Source of the DNA: Eledone cirrhosa
Taxonomy: Eukaryota
Reading direction: 5' to 3'
Assembly (NCBI GenBank): GCA_964016885.1
Contig: OZ024752.1
Location: 31,620,001-31,684,000 of the forward strand
DNA: 64,000 bases
The translations under genes were made by a program, and so were the position numbers. The notes beneath the pieces were generated by a model, which was given only the letters and a program-made list of their open reading frames with translations, made no database searches and was not told where the DNA came from. Below are positions 28,027 through 42,909 of the stretch, piece after piece; within the stretch, counting starts at the first letter, position 1; the number at the start of each line of letters is the position of its first letter.

Positions 28027-28328
28027 TCACTAAGTGTATGTATGAGCATGCTATACAAATATTTATTGCTGCGAAACAAATGTTATCATCGTAAGAGTTG
28101 TGAAAATGTTTGTGTCTAGACAGAAATAACCAAGATAAAGAAACGAAAGAAAGAATGGTTATATCCATTCTTAGTGCTTCGTGGATTCTTTTGATTCTGA
28201 TATATGAACATGTCCAATACCTTATCTCCTCCTTTACAGTCCCTGCCTACACAGTTAAATATCGACTAACACCAACGCAAATACAGATGTATACAGCTCT
28301 CATTCTTTCTTTCAACAGCCCTCTCTAC

Positions 28329-28331
<3 letters not shown>

Positions 28332-28386
<55 letters not shown>

Positions 28387-28571
28387 GTATATATATTTAT
28401 ATATGTATATATATTTATATATGTATATATATATATGTATTTATTTATGTATGTATATATATATATGTATATATGTATATATATGTATTTATGTATGTAT
28501 GTATATATATATATGTATATATTTATTTATGTATGTATATATATATATGTATATATATTTATTGATGTATG

Positions 28572-28616
<45 letters not shown>

Positions 28617-28657
28617 TTATTTATGTATGTATATATATATATATATATTTATTTATG

Positions 28658-28698
<41 letters not shown>

Positions 28699-28830
28699 TT
28701 ATGTATATATATATATTTATGTATGTATATATATATATTTATTTATGTATATATATATGTATATGTATATATATTTATTTATGTATGTATATATATATGT
28801 ATATGTATATATATTTATTTATGTATGTAT

Positions 28831-28900
<70 letters not shown>

Positions 28901-28940
28901 GTACGTATATATATATGTGTATATATATATATATATATTT
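28332..28940. repeat. (TA)n/(TTTA)/(TATG) microsatellite
   Basis: Direct reading. Confidence 0.95.
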
Positions 28941-29100
28941 CTTAACGGCATCTTCAAACACGTTCAAACTTCAGATGACTAGGTCAGGAGTTTAACCGCT
29001 CTTACAATCTGCGGAAATGGTCATAATTTGATCTTGAGACCTTAGTTAGTGCTTTTGTTCCGTGTATGAACATAAATGGATAAAAGAATAAATAAATAAA

Positions 29101-29180
<80 letters not shown>

Positions 29181-29431
29181 AGTCCGTGTGTGTAAATATA
29201 TATAATATATATACAGAGAGAGAGAGAGAGAGTAAGAGAAACAGAGATATGTACATTTAATTCTACAGACGCAAGTTTTTGCTTTGTTTTCGTCTTCATT
29301 TTCCAAGGACAGTGTTTGAGTATTTTGTCAGATATTCTGACTGTACCGTCGGTAGTGGTTGAAACTGTGTAGGTCCTTCTCGACGGCAGCTTAACTTGGA
29401 GGCTTAATTTGTTGCCAATATTACAATATAA

Positions 29432-29811
29432 GCGGTGGATTGGCAGTATTGGTAGAGGGTCGGACGCCATATTTGACGTACAGAGTTACGACCCTTGCCA
29501 TTCTGAGTTCAAATTCCGCCGAGGTTAACTTTGTCTTTCATCCTTACGGGGTCGATAAAATAAAGTACCAGTAATGCACTGGTTAATTGCTGGCCTTGTG
29601 CCAAACGTAGAAACAATATTACAATATAAGCGGTGAATTGGCAGTATCGGTAGAGGGTCGGACGCCATGCTTTCCAGCATAGTTACGTCCTTTTACGATT
29701 TGAGTTCAAATCCCGCCGAGGTTAACTTTGCCTTTCATCCTTATGGGGTCGATAAAATAAAGTACCAGTTATGTACTGAGTAATTGCTGGCCTTGTGCCG
29801 AAAGTAGAAAA
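29432..29811 (+). mobile_element. Head-to-tail SINE dimer
   Basis: Two full copies; aatattacaatataagc occurs before, between and after them. Confidence 0.9.
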
Positions 29812-30069
29812 ATATTACAATATAAGCAATAACGCTCGCCTGTGGAAGATCAGTAGTCGTCTATGCAATCAGTCTCCCCTCTCCACACTAACGATGTTGT
29901 CCAAGGGAAAGGCAATGTCCGGTACAGCTTGGCACCAGTGACATCAAAAAGAAGTGTCTTGTTCAGGAATCGAACTTACATACTCACTATTGTGTATCTA
30001 ACGCTCTTACCACTATGCCACCCGCTTACACACACATATATACATATAGGTATTTGTGTCTGTATGTGT

Positions 30070-30124
<55 letters not shown>

Positions 30125-30199
30125 GTAGAGAGAGAGAATAAATAGAGAGAGCCGTAAGGCCGTTATATATATAGAAAGAGAGAGAGAGAGGGAGAGGAA

Positions 30200-30230
<31 letters not shown>

Positions 30231-30530
30231 CGAAAGAGCGAGAGAGAGAGATGCACACATGCGTGCGCATGCGTGCCATCACGTTCGAACTCAATGCAAC
30301 AGGTTTAATCCATCTAAAGCTAAGCAGCTGCTAATTCAATACTGGATCATGTATGAAGGCAACACAAATACCGTAGATAATACTGTGAAGAATTTATAGA
30401 AATACCCACCCCAATATTGATGGCTTTCTTTACTAGTCCCTCACTAATCCACTCATCCATTTGGGAAGTAATTATTTCAGATTTCTGACGAGGTAAGCGG
30501 ATGAATATAAATCTCCACCATATAGATATA

Positions 30531-30574
<44 letters not shown>

Positions 30575-30797
30575 AGTAAACAGAAATAACAACGCAAACG
30601 ACACAGTACTATGAAGAAATATATTAGTTTAACGCTTTTTTTTTAGTAGGGAGATAGCCTTAACCGCAGGAGTTACGGGCCCATGCATGCATGTGCATCA
30701 AATATTAACTATCTTTTCCTAAAATAGAAGGTTTTTGTGTCTAGTTATAAAGAAGGCATAATAAGTAAATTATCTACAGAAATGTCTTGTAGTTGAG

Positions 30798-30985
30798 TGG
30801 TGGATTGGCAGTATCGGTAGAGGGTCGGACGCCATGCTTTGCAGCACAGAGTTACGTCCCTTTACGGACTGAGTTCAAATCCCGACGCGGTTAACTTTGC
30901 CTTTCATCCTTACGGGATCGATAACAAAGTACCAGTAACACACTGGGTAATTGCTGGCCTTGTGCCAAAAGTAGAAACAATTATT
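30798..30985 (+). mobile_element. tRNA-derived SINE
   Basis: A/B boxes and family core. Confidence 0.9.
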
Positions 30986-32537
30986 GGAAAAACAGAATCT
31001 AAAATATTAATACACATCTCTTGGAGACATGGATCCGGTGAGAAATTGGTAAGAATTCTGTGAAATATAGAAATCTGTTTGGCTAACAAATATACAATTC
31101 AATAATATTTCTGTGCTGTTTCAGGCATATGAATCAGCACTTACTAATTATATTTGGCTGTATGTAGTCAATATCAATTTATTCAGAGAAACATAGTTGT
31201 CTGTTAAAGAATCAATTCTTCAGAGAAATGGCGAATAATTTTCTAAAACTTTATAAAAAAAATATTGAAATCGAACGGAAAACTTTCGACGAGAAATATA
31301 AAAATATCCGCTGGAGATTCCATGTATTTATAATTTTATTTCGTTCCAACTAAATCGCATATTGTATAATTTAAAAACACAAAAAACAACATCATCTTAT
31401 ATATTAAATATTATTTAAAGATGTTTCTCTGCTTTGACAATTTGCTATGGAGCATTCTCTATTTATTTTCCCCAATGGTTGCTTTCACGTATGTTTCTAC
31501 TTCACAAAATGAAACATTGTTTAGTGACTTTTATACGTTTTCTTTTCTCTGCTTTAAAACATATTTTGCTAATCTCAACATTTATTTGAAGAGTCCACTC
31601 TATCATTTTATCATTTATAACATTCCAGGTGGTTCGTCATTCGCCACAATCTCATTACTGATGTATTTAAAAATAAAGGCAAAGACAAACAAAATATTGC
31701 CTAATGATATTACCCCAATAAAAATAAAAATTAAAATTATGCCAATTAATTATTTAAGAGTGATATCATTGTTTCATCATGTTACATGGGGTTATGATAA
31801 CAAATAAATTCAAATCACAAATTAATTTGCTTCCTAATACCAAACATTTAGACTTTTACAATGAAAAATGATCTCATATGAATGTTGAAACGACAACAGA
31901 AAAGAAAATAATAACACAAAATTCAAAATTACTACAAATCTTTTCGACGTTACTATAATGAATGGAATGTTATATTATATAAAATTGACAACTATCTCCT
32001 TATTCGCTTTCTATCAATGTATTTTTTTCTATATAGTTTCCCAACGGGCATTTTATTTTTCAGGTATAAGCAAATGTTCAATTTCGAATACAAAGACAAT
32101 GCCACTATACATGCCAGATGATGCTGGTTGTCTTGTAAAACCAGATGAGGTCTTCTCTCTCACACTAATTATCTCAATTTATTCAGAAAATAATTGGAAT
32201 ATTCTCCCATCATAGTTATTAATCACTCGGTTGTAAATCGATTGCAGCAAGACTTTCTTGTTGTTGTTGTTGTGTTGTTATTTTGACACCCTTATTGTTT
32301 AGTATATTCCCTCTTTCCCAATTATTACTTCGAGTGAGTATCTGGCTTTCTTTTCCGTCTCATACAACCAGCCTCCAAATTTCTCACTCGTTCTACGTTT
32401 TAATTTATCTCGTTGAATGCTATACACGTCGTTGTATTTACAATTGCACCTGTGCCCATTCTTAAGTGTACTTCGTTCATTTGCATAGGTTGTCTCATTA
32501 TTAATGTTGGTTTGAATCAATATACGAAACATTATAT

Positions 32538-32720
32538 TGGATTGGCAGTATGGGTAGAGGGTCGGACGCCATGCTTTCCAGCATAGTTACGTCCCTTTAC
32601 GATCTGAGTTCAAATCCCGCCGAGGTTGACTTTGCCTTTCATCCTTACGGGGTCGATAAAATAAAGTACCAGTAATGCACTGGGTAATTGCTGGCCTTGT
32701 GCCTAAAGTAGAAACAATTA
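32538..32720 (+). mobile_element. tRNA-derived SINE
   Basis: A/B boxes and family core. Confidence 0.9.
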
Positions 32721-34508
32721 TATATATTCACTCCATACATATTTCGATGTTTAGCGAGATATATTTATTTCACACAAACTAGAGTTATTTCGTTCTCGTT
32801 TTTAAAACATGATTTAGTGGACACTCTCCCTCTTTTTCTCTTCTCTTTCTCACCTCTCTCTCTCTCTCTCTCTCTAGATCAGTTTAATAAGTGAAATTGT
32901 TCTAGGGAGTAAAAGAAAAACTAACATTTCAGATTTTACATATTCGCCTGAGAAGCAGAAAATGCTTTAAAAAAGTAGATATCACTAGATTTTCCCAAAC
33001 GCAAAGGAAACCACAATACCACCTTCTCTTTGTTTCTTTCTTTCGGACAAAGAGAATCTGCCTGGAACTATTTATTGTTCACAGCTATGGTTGAGCTGAT
33101 CTATGCTTAATGGAAGTTCAACCGTCACCATCAAGATATTATTTCAGGAATAGTATATCAGCAATGGAAAAAACAATGGAAACATTGTTTGCTTGGTCCG
33201 ATGTGATGAGGTCCACCCCACTCGGCAAGCGAATGAGGTCGGGGATCTTGTCGATCAATCAGAGCGAGATATCCAGGGTTACATAATTCAATCCATCTTT
33301 CTTTCTTTTGTAAGAAGGTAAGTAGAGTTTCAGCGAGACAAGTCTAAAATGTAGAATTAAATTAAACAACTGCAAAGAAGCACCAACATTGGGTCGGATT
33401 GGACAAAATTGTTCAGTAGTATTTACGTCTACCAAATAAATCTTGTAGTTACAATATATGAAACGGTATCCTCGGGTCAAAGGTCACATTATTTACAGAC
33501 GTTAAAATTGCTAAGATATCATATTTGGTATCGATTAATAAATAACACAAACGAAAAGAAAAAAACAAAGACTAAACGAATGCAGAAGTACAATTTAATT
33601 GTCGGAGATATTATTACTGTTATTGTGAAAATGATGTTTACAGCCACCACTATTACTATAATAAAACACCATAATACACCAAAATAATTCGTGCTACAAC
33701 TTTTGTTAGAATTGCTATTTTGGGGTTGTGGAAATTCGTTTAGCAGCAATGATAATTCTGAAGAAGAAATAAGTAAAACCATTTACCAATATTAGATTGT
33801 TGGATTGTTAAAATATAAAAACAAAAATTCAATGATTTTATACGTCTAACACAAACAACAATTAATTCTGTTCGTCATTTATCTTCAGGAATATAACGAT
33901 CGAAATTATTTTCGTAGATATGATAGATAGCTACCATAACAAATACAATGATCAAATTAGATTATCAAGCTTCATCCCCATTGTGCATTACTTTAACAAG
34001 AAATATCATATCAAAAATGTGTTGTTTCTTAAGTTTCTTGCCGTTTACACTTTTTCTCTAATGTCGCTTAGCTTCATGTCATCACACATCGAATAGATTC
34101 ACAATCAAATGGATTTCAGCCTTGGGTGTGTTTTGTATGAATATCAGGAACTATGGATTCAAAGGAATCTTTCTTAAGTTAAGATGGCGGAGTGTAAGTT
34201 GAGATAGATATGTTGATATGCCTAGCAGGCTGAAGGAACCTTTGTTTCGGATTTATCTCGTTAGGTGTTTACAATGGTTGGCTACCTGGTAAACAATTAA
34301 TGCTCCGTGAGGTAGAGTGGCTGTTCCAGCTCGTCTATCTTGCCGTCCTATGGGGCAATGTATTCTACATCTTGTAAAATACATTGCCGGAACCAAGAGA
34401 CACAGGGTAAAGTAGTTGGAGGTGGAGGATACTCGTTCGGACGTCACACATATATACTCAACCATTTACACAGTAAAGTTTTAGAGGAAAACATCAGAAA
34501 GTAATAAC

Positions 34509-34694
34509 TGTTTCTACTTTAGGCACAAGGCCAGCAATTACCCAGTGCATTACTGGTACTTTATTTTATCGACCCCGTAAGGATGAAAGGCAAAGTCAAC
34601 CTCGGCGGGATTTGAACTCAGATCGTAAAGGGACGTAACTATGCTGGAAAGCATGGCGTCCGACCCTCTACCGATACTGCCAATCCCCCGCCCT
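34509..34694 (-). mobile_element. tRNA-derived SINE with 15-bp TSD
   Basis: tcagaaagtaataac at 34494-34508 and 34695-34709. Confidence 0.92.
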
Positions 34695-35144
34695 TCAGAA
34701 AGTAATAACACAACCTAGTAGTAGTAAAGTTATAATGCAAAGCTGATAAGATAGAATAAAAGATATAATGTCGTTACTGGCATATCGCACAGCTCTTTTA
34801 TTGTGGACATGTTCTAGAAGCCGAGTGTCTGCCTATGAATAACGCCTATCTCACTATTGCAAATAACTTTGATGCCTCTACACGGCCGTCAAAACTGGAA
34901 GTGATATCAAGCAAATTTCCTTTAAATTATACCCTGCCTTCTTGGCATGGGAAGAGGACAATAGATATTCTCAGTCAAGGCTAATCTTGTATCTATATAT
35001 GAGTATAATCTTAACACGAACCAGGCAACATTCAATCAAGCTGATACAAACAGCACCCAATAATTTCTAAACTTAAGTCCTACTGTCTTGAAAAAGAAAA
35101 TATTAGGGTCAATGTAGTTAGATATATATATATATATATATATG

Positions 35145-35806
35145 AACTAAATGAACTGACACGGATCACTAACAGATGTAGCGACCCGATGGGTGGTCTC
35201 ACCCATACCACGCAATTCCGTAATCTACTCAGATCTAATGGTTATCCCAAGCGACTGATTAACGGAATTAGAGACCCCAGACCCAATAGACAGACACCCA
35301 CTAGAAACTTAAATAAAAGCAAGTGCTTCTTTAAAATCCCCCACCTGAGTGATTATACCACGAACGCCATCCGCAGGGCCATACGGACGGAGGGACTTGA
35401 CATACATTTGGCCCACACAGGACCTTCGCTGCGAAGATGCCTCTCCAACAAACCCGACGAGTCAGATGGGACGTGTTCCCTCAGCAACTGCCCGATACGG
35501 GGGGCAGATTGCCTACGCACCTATGTCGTATATAAGATTCAATGCGATAAATGTAACAAGTTTTACATAGGTAGCACCATCCGACCCCTACATGTTCGTA
35601 TCAAGGAACATATCAACACCAACGCATCTTCCTTCCGTAAACACATCCTTAAATGCGGAAACCCACAGGGTAGACCCTTGGTCACAGTCCTAGCGACTGA
35701 ACGCAGCATCGGATCCTTAAGGACAAAGGAAGCACTTGTTATTAAGAACCTCAGACCCCCACTTAACAACCGGGCTGAGAGAAATGAGCTGACATGGCTA
35801 ACTTAA
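35145..35806 (+). mobile_element. Penelope/Poseidon-type PLE 3' fragment, GIY-YIG endonuclease
   Basis: LRSNGYPKRLI, CSLSNCPI, VVYKIQCDKCNKFYIGSTIRPLHVRIKEH, KEALVIKNLRPPLNNR. Confidence 0.9.
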
Positions 35807-36413
35807 CCATAGTGACCATTCACAGCCTACGGCCTGCTATCTTCACACACACGCACGTATATGCATACCCATACGCATACACACACACACATCTATATTT
35901 ATACACGCACACATGTTTTTACAACCTACCACCTTTCACACCCTTTGATTTCCAGCTTCTACAGCCCACTATCTTTCACACACACACGCACTCACACATA
36001 TACACACACAGTTACACACACATGTATACCCATACGCTTACACACACACATCTATATTTATACACGCACACATGTTTTACAACCTACCACCTTTCACACC
36101 CTTTGATTTCCAGCTTCTACAGCCCACTATCTTTCACACACACACACACTCACACATATACACACTTACACTTATACACACACAGTTACACACACACATA
36201 TATATTTACACACACATATTTTACGGCTTTCACACGCTAGCGCACCCTCTTGATTTAACCCATTTGGTCAGTAGCTTTTGCCACAGCCTATCACGCGCAC
36301 GCGCATTCTTTCCCTCGTTTAAATTTTAAATAATTTTCTCCCCATAACGGCATTCCTGTCTTAACGACATCACAACTTTCTCCGCTTGGCCTGTTCCCCC
36401 CCTTTTGGAACTT

Positions 36414-36449
36414 TCCCCCGTTGATGGGCGTGAGCCCGAAATATTGGGA
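36414..36449 (+). ncRNA. Degenerate hammerhead in the 3' region of the PLE
   Basis: tccc-CCGTTGA-t-gggc gtga gccc-GAAA-ta-TT-ggga. Confidence 0.45.
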
Positions 36450-36640
36450 TTAAATCTCCACTACGGTAACCCTTCTACCTTTGTTTTGTTTTCATCTTTG
36501 TCTCTCTCAATTTTCACTTTCTCCTGTTTCTCCTATCTATCATTCACTTCCTACCTCGAGATTTCCCTCTGCATTGTTGTGGCTTTCTTAACTACGTATT
36601 TTACACATTTCACAATGCTTCAAGCAAACTTTAACACCCT

Positions 36641-36709
<69 letters not shown>

Positions 36710-37567
36710 AAATAAATCTACCAAAATATACGGTAGTGTCCAATCCGTATGAAGAACTCAATGTAATCCAAATATCATGAAAAGAGAAGATGTATTCAAA
36801 ATTTTTTTAGATGAAAAACACAGGAAAACAGAGTCAAGATAAACTTTTACATAGATCTATATGATATACATACCAACACACACATATATATCCTAGAAAC
36901 GATCGTAAAATGATGAATTTTTATATATAACGAACTGTTTCTTTGTTTTTATTCATTATTTTTATTAATATATATATATTTTTTTTTCTTAGATATAGAT
37001 ATATAGATAGTATCCAAATTTCCCTTAAACTATACTCTACTTTCATAAACCCCTAATGGATATATCGGTTCATGCAATCCTCTATCTACTGTGTCCTACG
37101 AAGCCGGGATAACCACGGCTAGAATGCTTTTAACTATAGATTATAGGTCTAGTTTATTAGAGTTAGTATACGTAGATCTAAACAACTACAACAACGATAT
37201 CAATATTAACCCAAACACTAGTCGTATGCTGTTATGCAAATACAACAAAATCGATTTACTCTAATATTCTAAAAAAAATTTCAATATTTTAATTTTGATT
37301 ATGAATTTTAGTTTATCATTTTTTCGTTTATTTCTATTTTATTATTTAAAGTTATTCCTTCACTCCATTTTTCGTAGACTGAATTGCAAATGGCGGACAT
37401 AATAGTCACAAATGTTTTCCGATAAAACTTTACAGACTTTACGTATTGTTTTTTTTTTTTTGTATCTATTCTACATTTTTTTTGTTCAATTTCTCTTGTT
37501 GATTGTTATTGTTGCAGACATTAAACAAAAAGCATGATCAAGTAGTTTACAGCGAAAGATGAAGAAC

Positions 37568-37755
37568 AAAAGTAGAAGCAAAAGTAATGGTGAATAAAGG
37601 TGAGTAAAAATAGAGGTTTTATATACTCACACATACATACACAGAGATATACACACACACACATGTGTGTGTGTATCTCTGTGTATGTATGTGTGAGTAT
37701 ATAAAACCTCTATTTTTACTCACCTTTATTCACCATTACTTTTGTTTCTACTTTG
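37568..37755. repeat. Inverted repeat, ~90-bp arms centred on a (CA)/(TG) tract
   Basis: agtagaagcaaaagtaatggtgaataaaggtgagt.. and its reverse complement. Confidence 0.9.
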
Positions 37756-38084
37756 TGTGTGTATGTGTACATATATACAGAAAGAGAAAATGGATGAGAA
37801 GAAAAAGAACAACAGCAACCAACGCTTAAAATGGAAGGCGATAACATGTAGGGCTAGGGAATATTGGAATGACTTATGAGAGGAAAAATAGGAAGCAAAA
37901 GAGCGGGGGCGAAAGGGGAGAGAGAAAAAATTAATAAATCAATTAGGGAAAAAGAAAACTAAAGATTTCAGTAGCAACAGAAGAAACCACTTAGAAAGAT
38001 GGAGGTATGAAACTAAGTAAAACTAAGTAGAGTAAAACTAAGTAAAATATGAGAACTGTTTCTTGTTACTAACCAGTAACAACA

Positions 38085-38850
38085 CCACCCCACAGAGAGG
38101 CCTAACACTAGTAGCACTACCACAGATAGACCTAACACTAGTAGCACCACCACAGATAGACTTAACACCACCACCACCACCACCTCACAGAGAGACCTAA
38201 CACCACCGCCACCACCACCTTACAGATAGACCTAACACCACCACCACCTTACAGATAGACCTAACACCACCACCACCTTACAGATAGACCTAACACCACC
38301 ACCACCACCACCTCACAGATAGACCTAACACCACCACCACCTCACAGATAGACCTAACACCACCACCACCTTACATATAGACCTGTCACCACCACCACCT
38401 TACAGATAGACCTAACACCACCTTACAGATAGACCTAACACCACCACCACCTTACATATAGACCTAAAACCACCACCACCTTACAGATAGACCTAACACC
38501 ACCACCACCTTACAGATAGACCTAACACCACCACCACCTTACAGATAGACCTAACACCACCACCACCTCACAGATAGACCTAACACCACCACCACCTTAC
38601 AGATAGACCTAACACCACCACCACCACCTCACAGAGAGACCTAACACCACCACCACCACCACCTTACAGAGAGACCTAACACCACCACCACCTTACAGAT
38701 AGACCTAACACCACCACCACCTCACAGAGAGACCTAACACCACCACCACCACCACCTTACATATAGACCTAACACCACCACCACCTTACATATAGACCTA
38801 ACACCACCACCACCTTACAGATAGACCTAACACCACCACCACCACATTAC
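38085..38850. repeat. Minisatellite, unit ~cttacagatagacctaacacc(acc)n
   Basis: About 25 units with variable ACC number. Confidence 0.95.
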
Positions 38851-38998
38851 AGAATGTCACCACATCGCACAATGTCATTACTTCTTCTCAATAGGTCGCA
38901 GAAAGGCATGAATGTCACCACCTCACAGAAATCAATTAGTAGATTATAGTCATATTTATTTAATGATTTCTTGAATGAAACGTATATATATATATATG

Positions 38999-39033
<35 letters not shown>

Positions 39034-39199
39034 GGGTGGAAAGAAATGGAGAGAGGGGTGGAGAGAAAGAGAGAGGGAGAGAGAGACATTTGGTGTGTAA
39101 ATGTGTATATGTGTGTGACTATGTATAGAATAGATGTTCTTATATATATTCGCACACGTAGAACGTATAGGCACACACCTGCCATTCTAGATCTTTGAG

Positions 39200-39635
39200 A
39201 GTGTGTGTGTGTCTTTGTCTGTGTGTGTATGTGTGTGTGTTTGCCTGTGTGTGTGTGTATGTGTGTGTGTGTGTATGTGTGTCTGTGTGTGTGTTTGCCT
39301 GTGTGTCTGTGTGTCTGAGTGTGTGTTTGTGTATGTGTGCCTGTGTGGCTGTGTGTGTTTGACTGTGTGTCTGAGTGTGTGTGTGTGTGTGTCTGTGGGT
39401 GTCTGTGTGTTTGTGTCTGCGTGGCTGTATTTGCCTGTGTGTGTGTCTGTGTGTCTTTGTGTCTGAGTGTATGTCTGTGTGCGTGTGTATGTGTGCCTGT
39501 GAGTGCCGTGTGTGTGTGTATGTGTGTGTCTGAGTGTGTGCGCGCGCGTGTGTATGTGTGCCTGTGTGTGTTTGTGTGTTTGTGTCTGTGTGGCTGTGTG
39601 TGTGTATGTGTGAGTGCATGTGTGTGTACGTGTGT
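39200..39635. repeat. Degenerate (TG)n repeat
   Basis: Direct reading. Confidence 0.93.
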
Positions 39636-40000
39636 TTATGTTATACAGACATGCCTACATCCCTTACTCTTCATGTCTATCTGAAATAATTTCACTAGCT
39701 CTACCGATATTTTAGTCTAATTCAAGAACCTGTTGGCGCCTTCTTCGCTTCGTTTCGTCCATTCTCTTTAATAATAAAATATGAGGTTGAAATACAGCTA
39801 AATATTGCCATATTGTGCTTCTATTTTTATCATCTATTTTTATTGTGACTAATATATAATTCAGTTCCTCTCTTTTCCTCTTGCAGAACTGTGTGTAGCT
39901 ATTTTGTGTGGACCTGTATTTTCTGATAAAGTCGTAGGGGAGCATCGTGATGAGTAGTCAGTATTGTACGTATATGTAGTTGGAAATATACACTTTTCCG

Positions 40001-40037
<37 letters not shown>

Positions 40038-40254
40038 GGGCGGTGGATTAGCAGTATCGGTAGAGGGTCGGACGCCATGCTTGGCAGCATAGAGTTACGG
40101 CCCTTTATGATCTGAGTTCAAATCTCGCCGAATGTAACTTTGTCTTTCATCCTTAAGAGGTCGATAAAAAAAATAAAGTACCAGTATTACACTAGTGTAG
40201 ATTTAATCGACTTTCCCCTCTCCCAAAATTGCTGGCCTTGTGCCTATATAAGAA

Positions 40255-40257
<3 letters not shown>
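40038..40257 (+). mobile_element. tRNA-derived SINE embedded in (CTA)n
   Basis: Family core; (CTA)n on both sides. Confidence 0.9.
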
Positions 40258-40294
<37 letters not shown>

Positions 40295-40334
40295 AACACT
40301 TCTAATGGGACATTTTCTAACACACGAAACAGAA

Positions 40335-40560
40335 AGATGTGAAGAGAGACGCGCTGGAGCCGCCAGTCAACCACGTGGGCCTCGCAACTGCAGGGAGTCA
40401 ACTCCGTTTCCTCCAATAGCAGTGAGTAGGGATACGGTCCGGGGCCCAAGAATGCCGGAGGTTTCCACTGCTATAGGCTTTACCATAAACGTATCAGAGA
40501 GCGGTCGATAGGTGGACAGTTAGCCTCCTTTGGCCTGGCGGGCAGCGAAGCCTGGTCTGG
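40335..40560 (-). mobile_element. CRE-like LINE 3' fragment
   Basis: YRPLSDTFMVKPIAVETSGILGPRTVSLLTAIG..WRLQRVSL. Confidence 0.75.
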
Positions 40561-41081
40561 TAGTCGAACGTCCCAGGTTGCCACTAGAGAATGTGACTCG
40601 GCATGAAACAAAAGTAATGATTTTATTATGTACTAACGGCCACAGCTAGATCTGTTGTTGTTGTTCCTGGGTTTGTTGTCAGACCATCTTATACAAACAG
40701 CAGGAGTTTTAATATATATTTGTATTTGTGCCACAAAATCAATCAAATGCGAAGAAAAACAACCCCCATACTGGGAAAGCGAATCCTTGCAACTACAGAT
40801 ATCAAAATATTAACCGTTCTTCGGACTTCCGACATCATGTTCTCCAATATACACCATCTCTAAAACATCTACATTATTTGTTCAAATTAACCCGTAACCA
40901 AATATGGAATGATCATTAAGATGAGTAAAAAATCAACAAATAGGATTTAATGAACACACTCTAGCAAAAGATGTTAGTTAGCGAGTCTGATAATAAAACG
41001 ATATATCAGCTGAGTGTCGGAGAAGTAACATCAAAACCCGTCCAGAATATATCACACGTAGAACAAAAGATTACACAATAG

Positions 41082-41137
41082 CTGTCTGATGAAGGCTTCT
41101 CTATTACATAATAGATACCACTGAGATATATATAATG
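41082..41137 (+). ncRNA. Degenerate hammerhead (GAAA changed to GAGA)
   Basis: CTGATGA-agg..ctatt acat aatag..ccact-GAGA-tatata-TA. Confidence 0.45.
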
Positions 41138-41341
41138 TAATATATATATAAAGTAATTTATAACTGACTTCTTCGTTATAATATGTGTATGGGGGGGGGG
41201 GGGTAACTACAGTTGCAAGCAATGCACCGTTCTAAGCACTCAGTGTTGTTACGAGTTCTGACTCTCCTTTGCTCTACGGTTCTTATATATTTATCCTTAT
41301 CGAGCCCTCTTTGGATTTTAGTCTTCAATTTTATTATTATT

Positions 41342-41515
41342 ACTATACACATATAATATATATATATACATATACGCAGTATATATATATATATACACAT
41401 ATAATATATATATATATATACATATATGCAGTATATATATATATATATATATGTATATATGCAGTATATATATATACACATATAATATATATATATATAT
41501 AACAGTATATATGCA

Positions 41516-41552
<37 letters not shown>

Positions 41553-41594
41553 TGCAGTATATATATATATATACATATATATACATATATGCAG

Positions 41595-41650
<56 letters not shown>

Positions 41651-41954
41651 CATATATGCAGTATATATATATATATATATATACATATACATACATATAT
41701 ATATATATATACATATATGCAGTATATATATATATATATATACATATATGCAGTATATATATATATATATACATATATATACATATATGTATATATATAT
41801 ACATATATACATATATATACATATACATATATACATATATATACATATATGTATATATATATACATATATATACATATACATATATACATATATATACAT
41901 ATATGTATATATATATACATATATATAATAATTATTTATATATACATATATGCA

Positions 41955-42003
<49 letters not shown>

Positions 42004-42038
42004 CATATATGCAGTATATATATATATATATATATATG

Positions 42039-42086
<48 letters not shown>

Positions 42087-42117
42087 TGTATATATATATA
42101 TATATATGCTGTATATA

Positions 42118-42154
<37 letters not shown>

Positions 42155-42229
42155 TGCATATATATATATATATACTTCATATATATATATATATATATAT
42201 ACTGAATATATATATATATATATATATAC

Positions 42230-42268
<39 letters not shown>

Positions 42269-42314
42269 TGCATATATATATATATATACTGCATATATAT
42301 ATATATATATATAC

Positions 42315-42349
<35 letters not shown>

Positions 42350-42365
42350 GTATATATATATATAC

Positions 42366-42430
<65 letters not shown>

Positions 42431-42524
42431 TGCATATATGTATATATATATATATATATGCAGTATATATATATATATATATATACAGCATATATGTATA
42501 TATATATATATATACATATATGCA

Positions 42525-42563
<39 letters not shown>

Positions 42564-42567
42564 TGCA

Positions 42568-42608
<41 letters not shown>

Positions 42609-42612
42609 TGCA

Positions 42613-42649
<37 letters not shown>

Positions 42650-42653
42650 TGCA

Positions 42654-42700
<47 letters not shown>

Positions 42701-42705
42701 TGCAG

Positions 42706-42739
<34 letters not shown>

Positions 42740-42743
42740 TGCA

Positions 42744-42780
<37 letters not shown>

Positions 42781-42784
42781 TGCA

Positions 42785-42833
<49 letters not shown>

Positions 42834-42838
42834 TGCAG

Positions 42839-42872
<34 letters not shown>

Positions 42873-42877
42873 TGCAG

Positions 42878-42909
<32 letters not shown>

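Noticed and set aside
30798-30885. tRNA gene calls from A/B boxes
   Set aside because: They are SINE heads; no complete cloverleaf, and each continues into the SINE body
26534-37396. Three YY1-like AANATGGCGG motifs (about 26534, 34181, 37387)
   Set aside because: Short motifs with no supporting promoter or gene evidence
37518-37599. Possible exon (ttgcag..aag/gtgagt)
   Set aside because: Stops in all three frames, donor lies in an inverted repeat, no transcript data
38085-38850. CRISPR-like regular repeats
   Set aside because: No unique spacers, no cas genes, eukaryotic context
39886-39957. Possible exon after a strong polypyrimidine acceptor
   Set aside because: No clear donor, and the short frame ends in a stop; cannot be tied to a gene
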